Source: Bugula neritina
Lineage: Eukaryota; Animalia; Bryozoa
Reading direction: 5' to 3'
Assembly: GCA_964035545.1 (NCBI GenBank)
Contig: OZ037769.1
Span: 14,724,633-14,788,632 of the forward strand
Length of the DNA: 64,000 nt
This document shows positions 38,058 through 52,330 of the stretch, one piece after another (positions within the stretch are counted from its first letter, which is position 1; every line of letters starts with the position of its first letter). The notes beneath the pieces are model-generated. The model searched no databases, was not told the DNA's origin, and saw nothing but the letters and a program-made list of their open reading frames with translations. The translations under genes were made by a program, and so were the position numbers.

Positions 38058-40888
38058 TTATTTAGAGCAGACCACACAAGCTAGTTCTCTATTCTCAGTA
38101 TAAGGTGGACAGTGTCCAGTTGTTTGGTAATCACTGCAGTCAGTGAGGACAAAATAGAAGTGAGATCCACCTCTCTCAATAGCTTGTCCAGTCACATAGT
38201 CTGGGTGTTCGTCTACGCACACATATTCTGTTGGATGGTCATGATTTTCATTCTCTGCCATTAAGTACCCTACAAAAAGAGATTATTTGTTATTGATCCT
38301 CTCTTTACTCTTGAAAGTTTAATGCCCACTAAATGCTGGTCCAATCTATAGCCCTTTTAGTGTTATCTATGAAAAGAAGAATTTTGGATATATTCATATC
38401 AAAGTACAGCAGTTATTACATAGTCCTGAAACTAAATATGTTGGAGAAATCTAAAAATTTTTTGTTAAACACCATTTAGCAAGCATTCATTATGTTGCTA
38501 TGAAAATATAATTCATATACCTTCATATTCCTTAGTCCAGGTGTCTGGACATGTTCTTTTTGCAGGGATCATCATAACACTTGATTTATTTTTAGCATAG
38601 CATCTGGCGCACGGAGCATTTTGATCTTGAGCAGTACCCGGGAAAATTCCAAGAACTCTACTTTCATATTCAACTCCTCGTAACTTTGCTGAATTTGAAT
38701 GATTTGTCCCTGAGACTTTGTTATATTCTGGGTTCAAAGGTAAGCACTGGTAGTTGGTTCCACCACCTGTTTTTAGTCCTCTTGAATTTGCAGCAAACCC
38801 TTTGGAAACACATTGCAAAACGTTAATAGTATGGAACTGTTTTAAACAAAGTTTCAACAATTTTTTGCATTTTGTGAATAATACATTGTTTCCTTATTAT
38901 AAAGGTTTCTTCAAACAAGGAAAATACTCACCTTCATAAATCCGTGAAGAATTTCCTCCACAGTTTTTCTTACCCCATCTGGTATAGGTAGCACCCAGTG
39001 TGAGGCTTGGAATCTTGCCAGGTACTCCTTGTGACCCTTTAGCACCTGGTGGCCCAGTTATTCCAGGTAATCCCCTTGAACCAGAAGCTCCTGCATTGTA
39101 CAAAAAGCTTCTTCAATATTAACGTAATACAGAAACGCACATTACAGGCTCAACTCGAGTTGTTAAGTAGTTCTTTAAGGTTGTTGTTGATAATGTAATT
39201 TTTGCTCTTGTTCAGACAGAGAGTGACAGCAGAGGGATTTAAGCTAACAGTGGTAATAATGGTCAGTAATTATATTTATACCTTTCTCTCCTGGTGCTCC
39301 TGGTGCTCCTGGTGCTCCTGGTGCTCCTGGTGTTCCGTCTACTCCTGGGTTACCAAATTCTCCAGGAAGATCGGCTTTTCCTGGCAGCCCTGCTTTGCCA
39401 GGTTCCCCATCTTTTCCAGGATTGCCATCATTTCCAGGTAATCCCTGGCTACCAGTTTGACCAGGAAGTCCGGGTAAACCGTCTCTTCCCGGTTGACCAT
39501 CTCTTCCATCCCTACCAGGTGGAGCATCAACTCCTAAAACCATGAGCAAAGTATAAACAGAGGTTTAGGTCTTGAGTTTTGAAAGTAATATCTTCTGCTC
39601 ACATACTGTTTATGTCAAACTATAGTGACATATTTAATCACCAAATTTGGTGGAATATCATTGCTATTGACAGTATAGTCAACTCTATTGTTCATTGGTA
39701 CAGTCAATAAAATATGTTACTGGTGGTACTTTGTTTTAGATAAGTTAGCTATATGCATTAGAGGAATTCTAGCTCAATGTACTAGAATACCTCCCACCCT
39801 GCAAGTGTGAAAACACACAAATTCTATTGTGATAGAAGAATTTATTATACAATATCTCTTTTGTTCCAAGAATAAAATTATCACATTATGTTGATTCAAC
39901 CAAAAGAAATCTATTTAATTGCATTAAAGTTTAGACTATTTCTTTTCATTGATTTTGAAAGATGTTTTTATCAAAGAATTCGATCTAAAAGGAAGCTCCT
40001 GATTTTATGAAACATTTTCAACTCAACTTCATATCCTCTTCAACAAGTGTTGGTTATTTTTAAAGTTTTGTGGCTGTAGTTCAATCAAAGTTGAATAAAA
40101 TAATTCAACCATATTATACTTGATAGCATATATACTCAGTAATCAGTTGGTTTTTAACTTTCTTGAAGAATATAATATCATGTAATACTAAGAAATATAA
40201 CAGATATAGAACAAACATTGAACCAGTTGACTAACCAACTATTCTTAGAATCTCAATCAGCTCATTGATGTCAGCCAGTTTTATTTCCTTTTTTTCAGGT
40301 TCTGTAGAATCTGTTTTTACTCTTCCATTGATGAGCTATAATCAAAATTGATTATTTTTTCATCACATAAGTAGCTCATTTGGACATAATTATTATATAT
40401 CCGTTACTATGGTAAGATGTGTTGAAACTGTGCAAAACTCATCAATTAATTGGTGCAAAATTCTAATCACATGTTATAAATATCACTCACCACATTTACT
40501 AGAGTTGATAAAGTTTCCTTCATGGAGTTCATCTCACTTTTGACAGAAGTTATCTCTCTCTGCTGAGAAATGGCCAGATCTTGATACTCAGTTACTTGTT
40601 TGTGTAGAGAGCTGATTTCTTCCTGCTCCACTTCTACAATTTCTTTGAAACTCTCACAGTTACATGCTGACGTGTCTTCAGCCAGAACCTTACCAGATGT
40701 TGCTGACAAGATGACAGCAGTGATCATCAATGCTGCCACACTTTCTGCAACATTTAATAGATGATATAAATTAAAAACCACAATTAATAAGTTTTAGGAA
40801 CTGCATGCTGCCTTATATCATTACTTATACAGAGTTCAAAACAACTAACTACAAAAAAATACTCACTATTCCTATCTCTCATCTCCAT
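38058..40888 (-). CDS. Short-chain collagen C4-like protein, copy 5
   Basis: Same layout. ORFs 40467..40781, 39244..39549, 38897..39103, 38513..38860 and 38058..38261 cover the exons. Confidence 0.88.
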
Positions 40889-42145
40889 ATTTCAATAACT
40901 CTGATCAAGGGTACTGAGAGAAATGTGTGAGAATGATTAATCCTCTTTACTTGTATTTATTAAACTGACCAATGAAATTTAATTTCTCAAAGGCTGTCTT
41001 TGCACAGCATAAGATTCTTACAATTTACATGATTGGCTCTTCTTACAGTACATGACAATAGTCTGATCCAATTTGTTACTTTATGGAACAGAGGCCACAG
41101 TGTTAATCATTTCATTATATTTTCTTTGGGTATTTTTGAGAATAATTTCAATATTATTTCTCATAACATATTATATAATAAGGCAGTTCTATTTATTTTA
41201 TATAATCTATTTCTGCACATACACACGGACACATCTATTTGTATTCAAATAGCATTTCTCAAATGACGCAACAATTTAAGAGTAAATGCTATAATAGTAT
41301 CTATGGTGTATATTGGCTAGGTATCACCAAATTTAGAAAATTATTAAATTTCAATTTACCACTTAATGCTAGCTTGTAAAGTTGTATGGTGCACTAATAC
41401 TACTCATAGCACAAGAGTGAGAAAAAGGAGACAACAACTCCTAACAATCACTGCACTACTATTGTACAAAGTGTTGATTAGAAACAGTATATGGAGGAAG
41501 AAATACGTTTATTTCATGCAGCATGCACAGCTTACGTAAAAAAAGCATGAATCAAAATTTGGTGCACCTGAATTACCACTCAACTATTAGTGCTCACTTC
41601 TGTAAATTCTTAACAAAAAAAACCTTTTAGACAGGGGCTTGTATTGCTTAACTTATAAAATGCTGCAGTATATATATATAAAGGCAAATAATAAATGCTG
41701 ATCAACGGAATGAACAGGGTAGATAGCACAAAACTTATTCGAAGGCAAAATGTATTACTAAGATGGCCAAAACTATTAATGAATAATTATAATTAGTGGG
41801 ATTTTTTTTCTATGATATATATAATTTTATATTTATATTTATGTTGCACTATTTTTATTAGATGCATGATAAAAAATGACATCACAGAAACTAATTATGT
41901 CAGTAAAAGTTCAATATATATTCCTGCAACTCGTTATCAGCCAACATTGATCTGCTGTAAAACATGAGGAAAAATATTTCGATCTGAGTTAAGCTGCTTA
42001 CAATTAACTTTCATAAACAATTTTTATTTTATATTATGCAGCATATTTTTAATTTTATATATAAAGTTGTTAAACACTGAATTAAGTGAAAGTTAGTGTT
42101 TATTGAATTTAAACAAGGGATCACTGTTAGTAAAAACTAATTAAA

Positions 42146-45042
42146 TTATTTAGAGCAGACCACACAAGCTAGTTCTCTATTCTCAGTATAAGGTGGACAG
42201 TGCCCAGTTGTGTGGAGATCACTGCAGTCCGTGAGGACAAAATAGAAATGAGATCCACCTCTATGGTCAGCTTGTCCTGTCACATAGTCTGGGTGTTCGT
42301 CTACGCACACAAATTCTGTAGGATGGTCACGATCTTCATATTCTGCCATCAAGTACCCTACAAAGAGAGATTAATTGTTATTGATCTTCTCTTTACTCCT
42401 AAAAGTTTAATGCGCACTAAATGCTGGTCCGATCTATAGCCCTTTTAATGTTATCTATGAAAAGAATAATTTTAGACATATCCATATCAAAGTACACCAG
42501 TTGCTATAACATAGTGCTGAAACTAAATATACTGGAGAAATCTACATCAACTTTTCAAAGATCCAAGATTCTATTTAGAAATGTTTTGTTGAGCACCACT
42601 TGGCAAGCATTCAATTTATGTTGCTATAAAAAAAAGCATTTTTATACAGTAGAGTTATAAATATTACTTCATTCACATACCTTCATACTCTTTAGTCCAG
42701 GTGTCTGGACATGTTCTGTTTGCAGGAATCATCATAACACTTGATTTATTTTTAGCATAACATCTGGCACATGGAGCATTTTGATCATGAGTAGAACCCC
42801 GAAAAATTCCCAGACTTCCAGTCTCATACTCAACTCCTCGTAACTTTGCTGAAGTTGCATGGTCTTTTCCTGACACTTTGTTATATTCTGGATTCAAAGG
42901 TAAACACTGGTAGTTGGTTCCACCACCTGTTTTTGCACCTCTTGAATTTGCAGCAAACCCTTTGAAAAACAGCGTTGTAAAACATTCACATTATGGAACT
43001 ATTTTAATTAAAATGTGTGCATATTCTGCCAACAATTTCTTTTTCTTATTTATAGAATTTTTCCAAATAATGAAAATACTCACCTTCATAAATCTTTGAA
43101 GAATTCCCTCCACAGCTTTTCTTACCCCATCTGGTATAGGTAGCACCCAGTGCAAGGTTTGGAGTTTTGCCAGGAATTCCTTGTGACCCTTTAGCACCTG
43201 GTGGCCCAGTTATTCCAGGTAACCCCCTTAAACCAGCAGCTCCTGCATTGTATAAACATCAGCTTTGATACAAAAAGAACACAGAATACAAGCTCAACTT
43301 AGGCTCATAAGTTTGTCTTTACTAAACTTTGCTCCTTTTCAGACAGAAGGTAATGTTCAGTAGCCATATTTATACCTTTCTGTCCTGGTGCTCCTGGTGC
43401 TCCTGGTGCTCCTGGTGCTCCGTCTTCTCCTGGTTTACCAACTGATCCAGGAGGGCCAATTTTTCCTGGTTCACCATCATTTCCAGGTATTCCCGCTGCT
43501 CCCCGTGCTCCGTCTACTCCTGGTTTACCAGTAAAACCGTTTTTTCCTGGAAGCCCTGATTTGCCTGGTTCCCCATCTTTTCCAGGATTGCCATCAATTC
43601 CAGGTAGTCCCTGGCTGCCAGTTTGACCAGGAAGTCCGGGTAGACCGTCTCTTCCCGGTTGACCATCTCTTCCATCTCTACCAGGTGGGGCATCAACTCC
43701 TGAAATCATGTGCAAAGTATCAGCAGAAATTTAGGTCCTGGGTTTTAAAAAAAATACCTTGTGCTCACATACTGTTTGTGTCAAGCTAGTCACATATTTG
43801 GTGGAATAAACTTGCCATTAACAGTATAATCAACTCTATTGTTCATTGGTATAGTCAATAAAACATGTTACTGGTGGTACCTTGTTTTAGATAAGTAAGC
43901 TATGCATTAGAGGAATTCTAGCTCAATGTGCTAAAATACCTCACTTATATACTGCAAGTGTGAGATCATACAAATTCCATTGTGACAGAAGAATTTCTTA
44001 TACAAAATATCTTTTGTTCAAAGAATAAAATTATCACATTAGGTTAATTCAACTAAAAGAAATATATTTAATTGTATTAAAGTTTAGACTATTTCTTTTC
44101 ATTGATCTTGAAAGATGATTTATATCAAAGAGTTTCATCTAAAAGGAAGTTCCTGATTTCATAAAGCATTGCCAACTCATATTCATATCGTCTTCAACAA
44201 GTGTCGGGTGATTTTTAAAGTTTTGCAGCTGTAGTTCAATCAAATTTTAATAAAATAATTCAACTATATTATACTTGATATACTCAGTAATCAGTTGGTT
44301 TTTAACTTTCTTGAAGAATATAATATCATGCAATACTAAGAAATATAACAAATAAAACAAACATTGAACCAGTTGACTAACCAACTATTCTTAGAATCTC
44401 AACCAGCTCATTGATGTCAGTCAGTTTGATTTCCTTTTCTTCAGGTTCTGTAGAATCTGTTTTTACTCTTCCATTGATGAGCTATAATCAAAATTGATTA
44501 TTTTTTTATCACATAAGTAGCTCATTTGGACATAATTATTATATATCCGTTACTATGGTAAGATGTGTTGAAACTGTGCAAAACTCAACAATTACTTGGT
44601 GCAAAATTCTAATCACATGTTATAAATATCACTCACCACATTTACTAGAGTTGATAAAGTTTCCTTTATGGAGTTCATCTCACTTTTGACTGAATTTATC
44701 TCTCTCTGCTGGGAGGTGGCCAGATCTTGATACTCAGTTACTTGTTTGTGTAGAGAGCTGATTTCTTCCTGCTGTACTTCTACAACTTCTTTGAAACTCT
44801 CACAGTTACATGCTGACGTGTCATCAGCCAGAACCTTACCAGATGCTGCTGACAAGATGACAGCAGAGATCATCAATACTGCCACACTTTCTACAACATT
44901 TAATGGATGATATAAAATAAGAAATTATTGTAACTACATTTAATAAGTTTTAGTAACTGCTGACTTCAATCATTACTTTTATGTTAAGAGTTTAAAACAA
45001 CTTTTACAAAAAATACTCACTATTCTTATCTCTCATCTTCAT
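42146..45042 (-). CDS. Short-chain collagen C4-like protein, copy 6
   Basis: Same layout with the longest collagen exon (36 triplets). Start ATG AAG ATG AGA GAT AAG AAT A|gtgagt. Confidence 0.88.
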
Positions 45043-46929
45043 ATATATTTCGATCACTCTGATCAAAGGTATTGAGAGAAATGTGTGAGACTGATTAAAT
45101 ATTTTTATGCACGTTTATAAAACTGACCAATAGAATTTAATGTCTCAAAAGCTATCTTTGCACAGCATAAGTTTCTTACGCTTTTCATGATTAGTTCTTC
45201 TTATACATGACAATAGTCTGTTCTAATAGGTTACTTCATTGAACAGAGGCTACTGAGCTATTCTATTCATTATTTCTTTTTGTATTTTTGAGAATAATTT
45301 CAATACTTTTTCTCATGATATAATAGGCCAGTTTTTTTTCTTATATAATATATTTTTTGCTTTTATTCATTAAAACAGCTGCTGATAGCTTTCGTCTTAA
45401 TTTTGCAAACTGGAGGCTACATTTTATTGCAATAACATATTGTTTATTTCTTTATAATTATTTAGCAACCCAAAGTAAAATTTATTATGAATTCTATGTT
45501 ATAATTGCTATGTGTTATATACTCTTATATATACAAACCATCTGCTGGGTTGAAACAAAGGAAAGAAAACTCCATATTTATGTAATGCAATTATATCCAC
45601 TGCTATAAGTATATAAGCTTTGCAGCAAAGAGTTACTTTCAACAACAGATGCAAGCAACTTAACAACTGTTATGATCAATTAATAAGATTAATGACAAAA
45701 GCCTTAATAACTAGTCAATGTTTTTTTCTATATATGGTAAAATGCTATATAATTATAATTAAATTGCTTTGTGTTTAAGATATGATCACCATATCTTGTT
45801 TCTGCAAAGCTTCTTGTCTCTTAGCCTTGATATGTTTCCTTAAAAATACTCAAAAAATTTAACTGAGTGCTTAAGATGAAAATAATTTTGTATGCATTTG
45901 AAACATATTATTGTCCAAGCCAATAAAACTTGCCAATTAAGCACTGTTCCTCAGTTTTAATTAAGGCTTCAAGAACTAATAAATGGTCAAATGATTTCAC
46001 TTTATCATGAACAGCCAAGTACAAAATATTACAGTTGGTGCTGAAAAGAGAGAATTATGGAAAAGGATAGAGGAAGTAATTAAAGATTGAATGAAAAAGG
46101 AAGAGAATGAAAAATGACTCCAATATGACAAGACAAAAAACTGATGCAGTCAATAAAGCTATAGAAATGAGTTACATAGCAGAGGGAATACATGGAGTAA
46201 GAACTAAATATATACAAGTATGAGGGGCGTTGGTCAGGCCGGTCACTACTTTACCATTGTACTCTGTGACTAATGAGATTCTCAATTTCTAGATACAGTA
46301 ATTTGAAGAAGTACAGATGCTTTACTGTGATCTACCTTGGCACTAAACAAGAGACATCTTTTTTCACCAATAAAGCTCATACTTTCACTTTATTATAGGG
46401 TTTAGATGACTACTAACAAAATGCATATTGGGTGTTTGGCATTGCAAAGACATACTAGAAAAAGCAATGAAGATTTGACAAGGTGAGAGTAGATAATAGT
46501 TTATTATTTAAATTAAAGTTAAATATTGTACGAGGCAAGTGAAAAAAATATTTAGAACATTACAATTATCAATAAAAAATCTCTCCTGCAAACGAGACTT
46601 ACTATATGGTGAATAAAATGAATTAGATCAAATTGCATAACATTGCAGAGTCATCTAATAAAGGACTCCAAAATTTATAAACAGTATTGTAAGAATTGAA
46701 CATCAATTATAACTTAGTGATAAGACAGACGGAGAAAATGGCCGTCTAGAGCGAACTTTCACAACTCGGCGAGCCGACAGCATTTGAACCGGAATCCGCA
46801 ACTCGGAGATCAACCGGCTATCGTGGTGGGCGGAGCTTGCAGAGATGGAACAGAGTCTAAGAGCAGAAGAGAGGGTAAGATTATGACAATACCACCACGG
46901 AATGGGGAAGGTCGCTGCCCGGCAGCATC

Positions 46930-49900
46930 TCAATCTGTCTGTTCGTCCTCGCCATCACTACCCAGGAGTCCGGCGTATTTATTAGCATCCGAGAAATCTT
47001 TACATTCAGATTCTTTATAGACTGGCATTTCTTCCAGTGAGGTTGGGAGTTGTCTTTCTCTTCTCTCCTTCTGCGGCTTACTTACTGCTCGATCACTTCC
47101 TGCAAGCAAAGTCCCGACAGGAAATACATTTAATTCTGTCCATCAAATATCTACACAATTTCATATAATAAAGGAAAATTATTTCTCATCATTTGTAGCT
47201 TAGCGCAAATATTTATTGTGAAATTTAATAATTAGACGTGATATAAAGAAGTTGAATCAAGTTCAATATAGTAACTGAATGTGTTTTGGCTGTTCAACTG
47301 TGAGACAATCAAGGGTAGGTTTGGATGCTGACACTGAACTATAAGAAACTGCAAGACAAGACACTCTAAGTGAGACTACATACTGATGTGTGGTGCGCCT
47401 TGCTTCCAGGAATTGGGTCGGGGGGCGTCTTGGTGCTCCTGTCTCTTATCCGAGTACGAGTCTACAGATATAGAGGACAGACAACTCTTACACAACAACA
47501 TCAAGAGAGGAAAACCGCTGACTGTAGACTACAAACAGGTATAAAACTTATAAGGTCGAGAAGTTCTCTTCAAATGAGGCTAAATAGACTACTTGCAAAT
47601 CAACTAGACTGCAAGTATGAACCGATAGATAAACAAGAGATGGTGAGAGTTTTATTAGCAACATTTCCTCTTTGACATAAGTCCAACAGAGAGGGTGGCT
47701 TCCCTTCATTACAGGACACAGGTGAAGGTCATTTCTTACCTCTACTGGCTACTTCCTCTCTCTCCTTTCTCAGGCGCTCCTCTATCTCCCTCTCTCGGGC
47801 CGCAGTGTCCACTGGCTTGGCGCTACCGAATATGTTGGCTGTCTTCTTCGGTTGCTCGGGTCGGCTGTCTGAGGAGTTCTGATTGGCAGATTTGTCACCT
47901 TCACTGCTATTGGACGGCTCACCGCCAACATTGTATACCTGACGGCACAAATAATATGTTATGAGAAGACAAGATAAGGAGAAACTGTATTGAGGTTATA
48001 TACAATATCTTAGAGTTCTCAGGATAAGCACAGAAGGGGTATCACAGGAGACTCACCCGCCGCTCCACGTTGGTTCTGATATCGCGGGAGGCAAAGGAAG
48101 ATCCGGAGTCCCTGGGACCTCTCCCGTCCCTCGAGCCTCGCGTGTCCTGCTGACTCTTTAGTCGCTCTTCAATTTCCCTCTCCTTGGCAGCAGTGTCCAC
48201 GGGCTTTGCTGAACCTGCAGTGCAGTTTCAACAGCAACTGGTTACGCTAATACTACTAGCACCAGTACTACTACTAGCACTACTACTACTTCTACTAGTA
48301 GTAGTAGTAGTAGTACTGGTACTAGAAGTACCACTACTAGTAGTACTACTACTACTAGTACTACTACTATTACTGCTACTAATACTACTACTATTAATAC
48401 TACTACTATTACTACTACTAATACTGCTACTACTACTACTACTACTAATACTGCTACTACTACTACTAACAGTCAACAAACCGAATATGGAAGACTTGGG
48501 AGGGTCGGATGAAGACGACACTGTGTTGTCACTGTCTACGGGTTTACTTCTGGGAGCAAGCTGAAGTCTGGCCCTTTCTTTAGGGGGCTCCGAGCTGGCG
48601 TTTCTGTCGTCATATCTGCGACAAGAAATACAGCAATGAGAGAGCAGTCAACCACAGCAAGAGCAGCTAGGAGTGTTATACTGACAGAGCATACCGTGCA
48701 GATGGAGGTCCATCTCGTCTTCCATAACCAAAGTCTCTGTTGTCATGACCTCTCCTGGAACCGTAATCGTTTCTATCATCATGCCCTCTCCTACTGCCAT
48801 ATCCACCCCTGTCATCATTCCCCCATCTATCATCGTATCCTCTCCTGCCGAAATCCTCTCGGTCATCATGACCTCGCCGGGAGCCGTAACCACTGCTACT
48901 ACTGTCAGCCGAGCTCCTAAGAATACACATCATAAGGAATTTCCAGAAAGAAACTAGAGGCATGTACAATTCAATAAGAGCTGCAGCTACTAGGCATGGT
49001 GGTGAGTGATTAGGATAGAGTCATCCACCTACAGTTAGCACACCGGCCATTGTTGGCTAATAGTGGCATATATATTCAACTACTCTAGCCCATAACAGCA
49101 CTACATGGGCACGCAATCAACACGTACATGTCTTCCAGTGAAAACGCCAAAATATCCCAAACTAAAATAAATGTCCGAGATATGAGGCGTGAAAAGGAGA
49201 TATTTTGCTAAGCATATTTTCATTTATTTTGAGAAGATTCAAATTGCGTTGAAAGTTGCACCTTTTCCCAGCAACAATAAGTAATTCTGAAAAAAATATT
49301 ATGGATAAAGCCATTAATAACTTGTGCAAGACACACCCACCGCTGCATTGCAGATATTTACTATCTAACTGATGACAATTCACACGACCAAATAGCATTA
49401 CGCCTAGAGAAGAACTTCAAGCATTGCACAATCTCACCACTAGATCAACAGGTGAAGTAGAAGTCACAAAGCTCACCTGGGAGGTCCTCTAGACCAGCTG
49501 CTGGCAGTGTCAGCCTCGCTGCCGCCACCGTACCTGTCCCTAGGAGCACCGAATCCACCATCTCTTTCGTCATATCCTCTCCTTCCACCATATCGGCCGC
49601 CGTCACGATCACCGTGGCGACCTACAGCACAACAACATAATAGAACACATAGCAAGTCATTTGGTGAACTGAACCCAGCATGGGTACAGTTTCAATGATA
49701 GGGGCACATCACGATAGTATATTATAAGTAGTAGATACTAGATATAGATGCAGATATTGCATAAATAGTTTAGTATTCAATCAACAGGAATCTAATATAA
49801 CAAACACTGGTTTGAGTTGAAAATAGAATTTAACTCTTTTGGCAATCTATAAAGCAATAAATGCTAATCAAAAACTTTAGTGAGGCATTACTAGTATCTT

Positions 49901-51496
49901 TCCATGCTGACTGGGCATAGAATTACAGCATTAAGAGAATTAAAAAACAAAAAAAATTGTCTAAATATGAATCAACAGAAGTAAATATGTTACAGAGGAA
50001 AGCAAATTTAAAAAAATGATAGGTATAGGCTAAAAAAACTATCAAATAATTTTATGCGCATAATATATTTTCTTTTTATAGTTACAAATTCAATGGAAGG
50101 TAAGAGAAAAACAGTAACACCATGTTAATAGTTGAAAATTATATTATATAAATAGTAATAATCCATCAAAAGTTTTAAGCCATAATACTATAATAATTAC
50201 ATCATCATAATTAAAGCTTATTGGCTTACAACTAAGACAATAAATATACTGGTAAGAGCATTGTATTTGAGTTGATAATGTTACATAAACCCTTACAACT
50301 ATGACTAGTACTTTCATATTAATAAACTGAAACTGCCAGACATATTTTATAGAATACAACTCCAATGATTGCTCGGTCTATCACTGTAACTAACAGTGAC
50401 TCAAGAATTACTTACCACAGATAAAGGTAAATTCATTTGTGGTATATAAATAAGTTTTGAAATAGGAGCAATTACAACGATAATGATTTAACACCATAAT
50501 GAATTTGCCACTCAATACCCCGAGTCAGTCTAACTACAGTCTATGTTTAATGAGTAATGATTGAGTCTGATAAACTGTTACTACTTAATGCTATTGTGAT
50601 TATGATGACTTTTATGATTACTCATGTAAGAAAATTCGGCAGCCTAAGGCTAATGGTCATGAGCAATGATGTGAGACTTGGTATCAAATTTAAAGGGTTA
50701 AGGTTTTATGAGTATGACTATGACCATCACTTAGTCTTATGATATTGAATTTGATAACAATAACTTTAACTTAAGTTAGACTATCTTCATCTCATCACTT
50801 TCGAGGTGCATCACTAAAGTAGAAAAGTGGCTAGGGAGTTAGACTATATAACTCACCATATCCAGAATCAAATGAAGGCTTATTAGCTGCCGCACTTCCT
50901 CGCCAGTCATCGTCCGCATCTCCTTCTCCACTGATTTGGCTATTCCCTGAGCGGCCTTCACGATCTCCACCATACCCACCGCCAAAACCATCTCTACTAT
51001 TGGATTGTGTAGCCAAGTCTACCTTTATCTTTCTGGCCATTAAAGTTTGACCTGTGCATTTGAGAGCGTCTATTAATGAATTTTTGTCGTCGAATTCTAC
51101 ATAACCAAACCCTTTCATACGTCCGTTTTCACGTACCAATCGGACGTTATTAACTCGTAGATCTTTGAAAAAATTCTCCAAAGCATCTTCGTCTACGTCG
51201 TACGATAGATTTCCAACATAGGCTTTGTATGGAGGCACGTCGGGTATCTGTGATAAATCAATTTCTTGTCTAGCAGCTCTCGGAGCTGTAGGGAGCGCAA
51301 TTCGCTCGGTGGGTCCAAGAAAATCATCATCCTCGTCAGGATCTTCCATTGCATCAGCCCATGATGTCTGAGATTTGAATGTTACCACTGTTTTGCCATC
51401 GGGAGCATTAGAATTTCCTGCACTGAGAAAATCACTCAAATTCAAGGTTTGTCCTTTTTTCTTTTTGCCTTTTTTAGAAGCCGCGGTGGCTGCCAT
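46930..51496 (-). CDS. EIF4B: Eukaryotic translation initiation factor 4B
   Basis: Exons 51496-50857, 49621-49477, 48916-48695, 48615-48482, 48214-48057, 47938-47740, 47461-47384, 47099-46930, all phase-consistent. N-terminal KKGKKKKGQTLNLSDFL, SWAD, LPTAPRAAR; RRM (PPYKAYVGNLSY, KGFGYVEF); DRYG-like region; IFGSAKPVDTAA; C-terminal NKYAGLLGSDGEDE. Confidence 0.95.
48248..48470. repeat. (CTA)n/(TAG)n trinucleotide tract in an eIF4B intron
   Basis: Lies between the donor at 48481 and the acceptor at 48215. Confidence 0.9.
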
Positions 51497-51745
51497 GTTG
51501 GTGTTGAATTAAAAAATGACGTCCTTACACGAGAACAGCGTGGGAATTATATCCGGGCTACTTAATAAAAGCCTGTCATAAAACAAATAAATGCCTATTA
51601 GATGCAGACTCGCACAAAGGCGATATATCGGACTAGATTCAAGCGCCTTTAATTGGTCTAAAGGTCCCTGTTTATTCCAATAGCAGAACGTTGCAAATCA
51701 CTGCTGCAAAAGGCACGAAACTGTATTTGTTGTAGTAGAACAGGT
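51497..51745. promoter_or_regulatory. Putative bidirectional promoter between eIF4B and the CCDC177-like gene
   Basis: Head-to-head arrangement with local CpG enrichment, a TGACGT site (~51517) and ATTGG (~51652). A plus-strand donor CAG|GTTAGT (~51743) and a mini-exon at 51811-51831 suggest 5-prime UTR exons of the rightward gene. Confidence 0.4.
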
Positions 51746-51929
51746 TAGTTTTGAATCATTTCATGAATGACTGTATGGATAAACTAATGTCTGTTAACAT
51801 TTACTTTCAGATTACCGCACCAAAAATTTAGGTAGGTATATCAATATGTAATTGTTGTTGTTTAAACTGCGTTAAAATTATAAGCAACCTGCACTAACAA
51901 AGCTAATGTTATAAGATTAACTTTAAGTA

Positions 51930-52330
51930 TAACTTATAATCATAATGATAACATTAACATATTCATAATCATAATGATAATCATAATCATAATGATAATG
52001 ATAAAGTTAAACTGATAACATAAACTCAGTCTCAACATTAACTGGTATAGATACTGATAGTCATGACCATGACATTGACAATATGAACACTGAAAGTGAA
52101 TGTGAAACTGAAACTATATCAAAATGAAGACGTCAAGGATATTACCACCATTGTGATTGTAGGCCTAATTCACTAATTCAAATTGTGATTTTCATTTGCA
52201 TTTCAGTATGAGTATCTATATCGGTTAATTTTGAGCCTGAGTTTATGTTATCAGTATCAGTTTATCATTATGGTTATGAATATCATAAGTATCAGATTTA
52301 AATTATCATCAGTATCACTAGTCTTACTCT
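51930..52330. mobile_element. MITE-like inverted repeat with degenerate hexamer arms
   Basis: ACTGATAACATAAACTCAGTCTCAACATTAACTGGTATAGATACT (52011-52055) is the near reverse complement of 52211-52255. Outer ends are approximate. Confidence 0.55.

Noticed and set aside
48184-48564. Poly-Leu (+) and poly-Ser (-) ORFs in eIF4B
   Set aside because: They come from an intronic (CTA)n tract. Splicing 48482->48214 rebuilds the conserved IFGSAKPVD motif, and read-through hits a stop at 48228.
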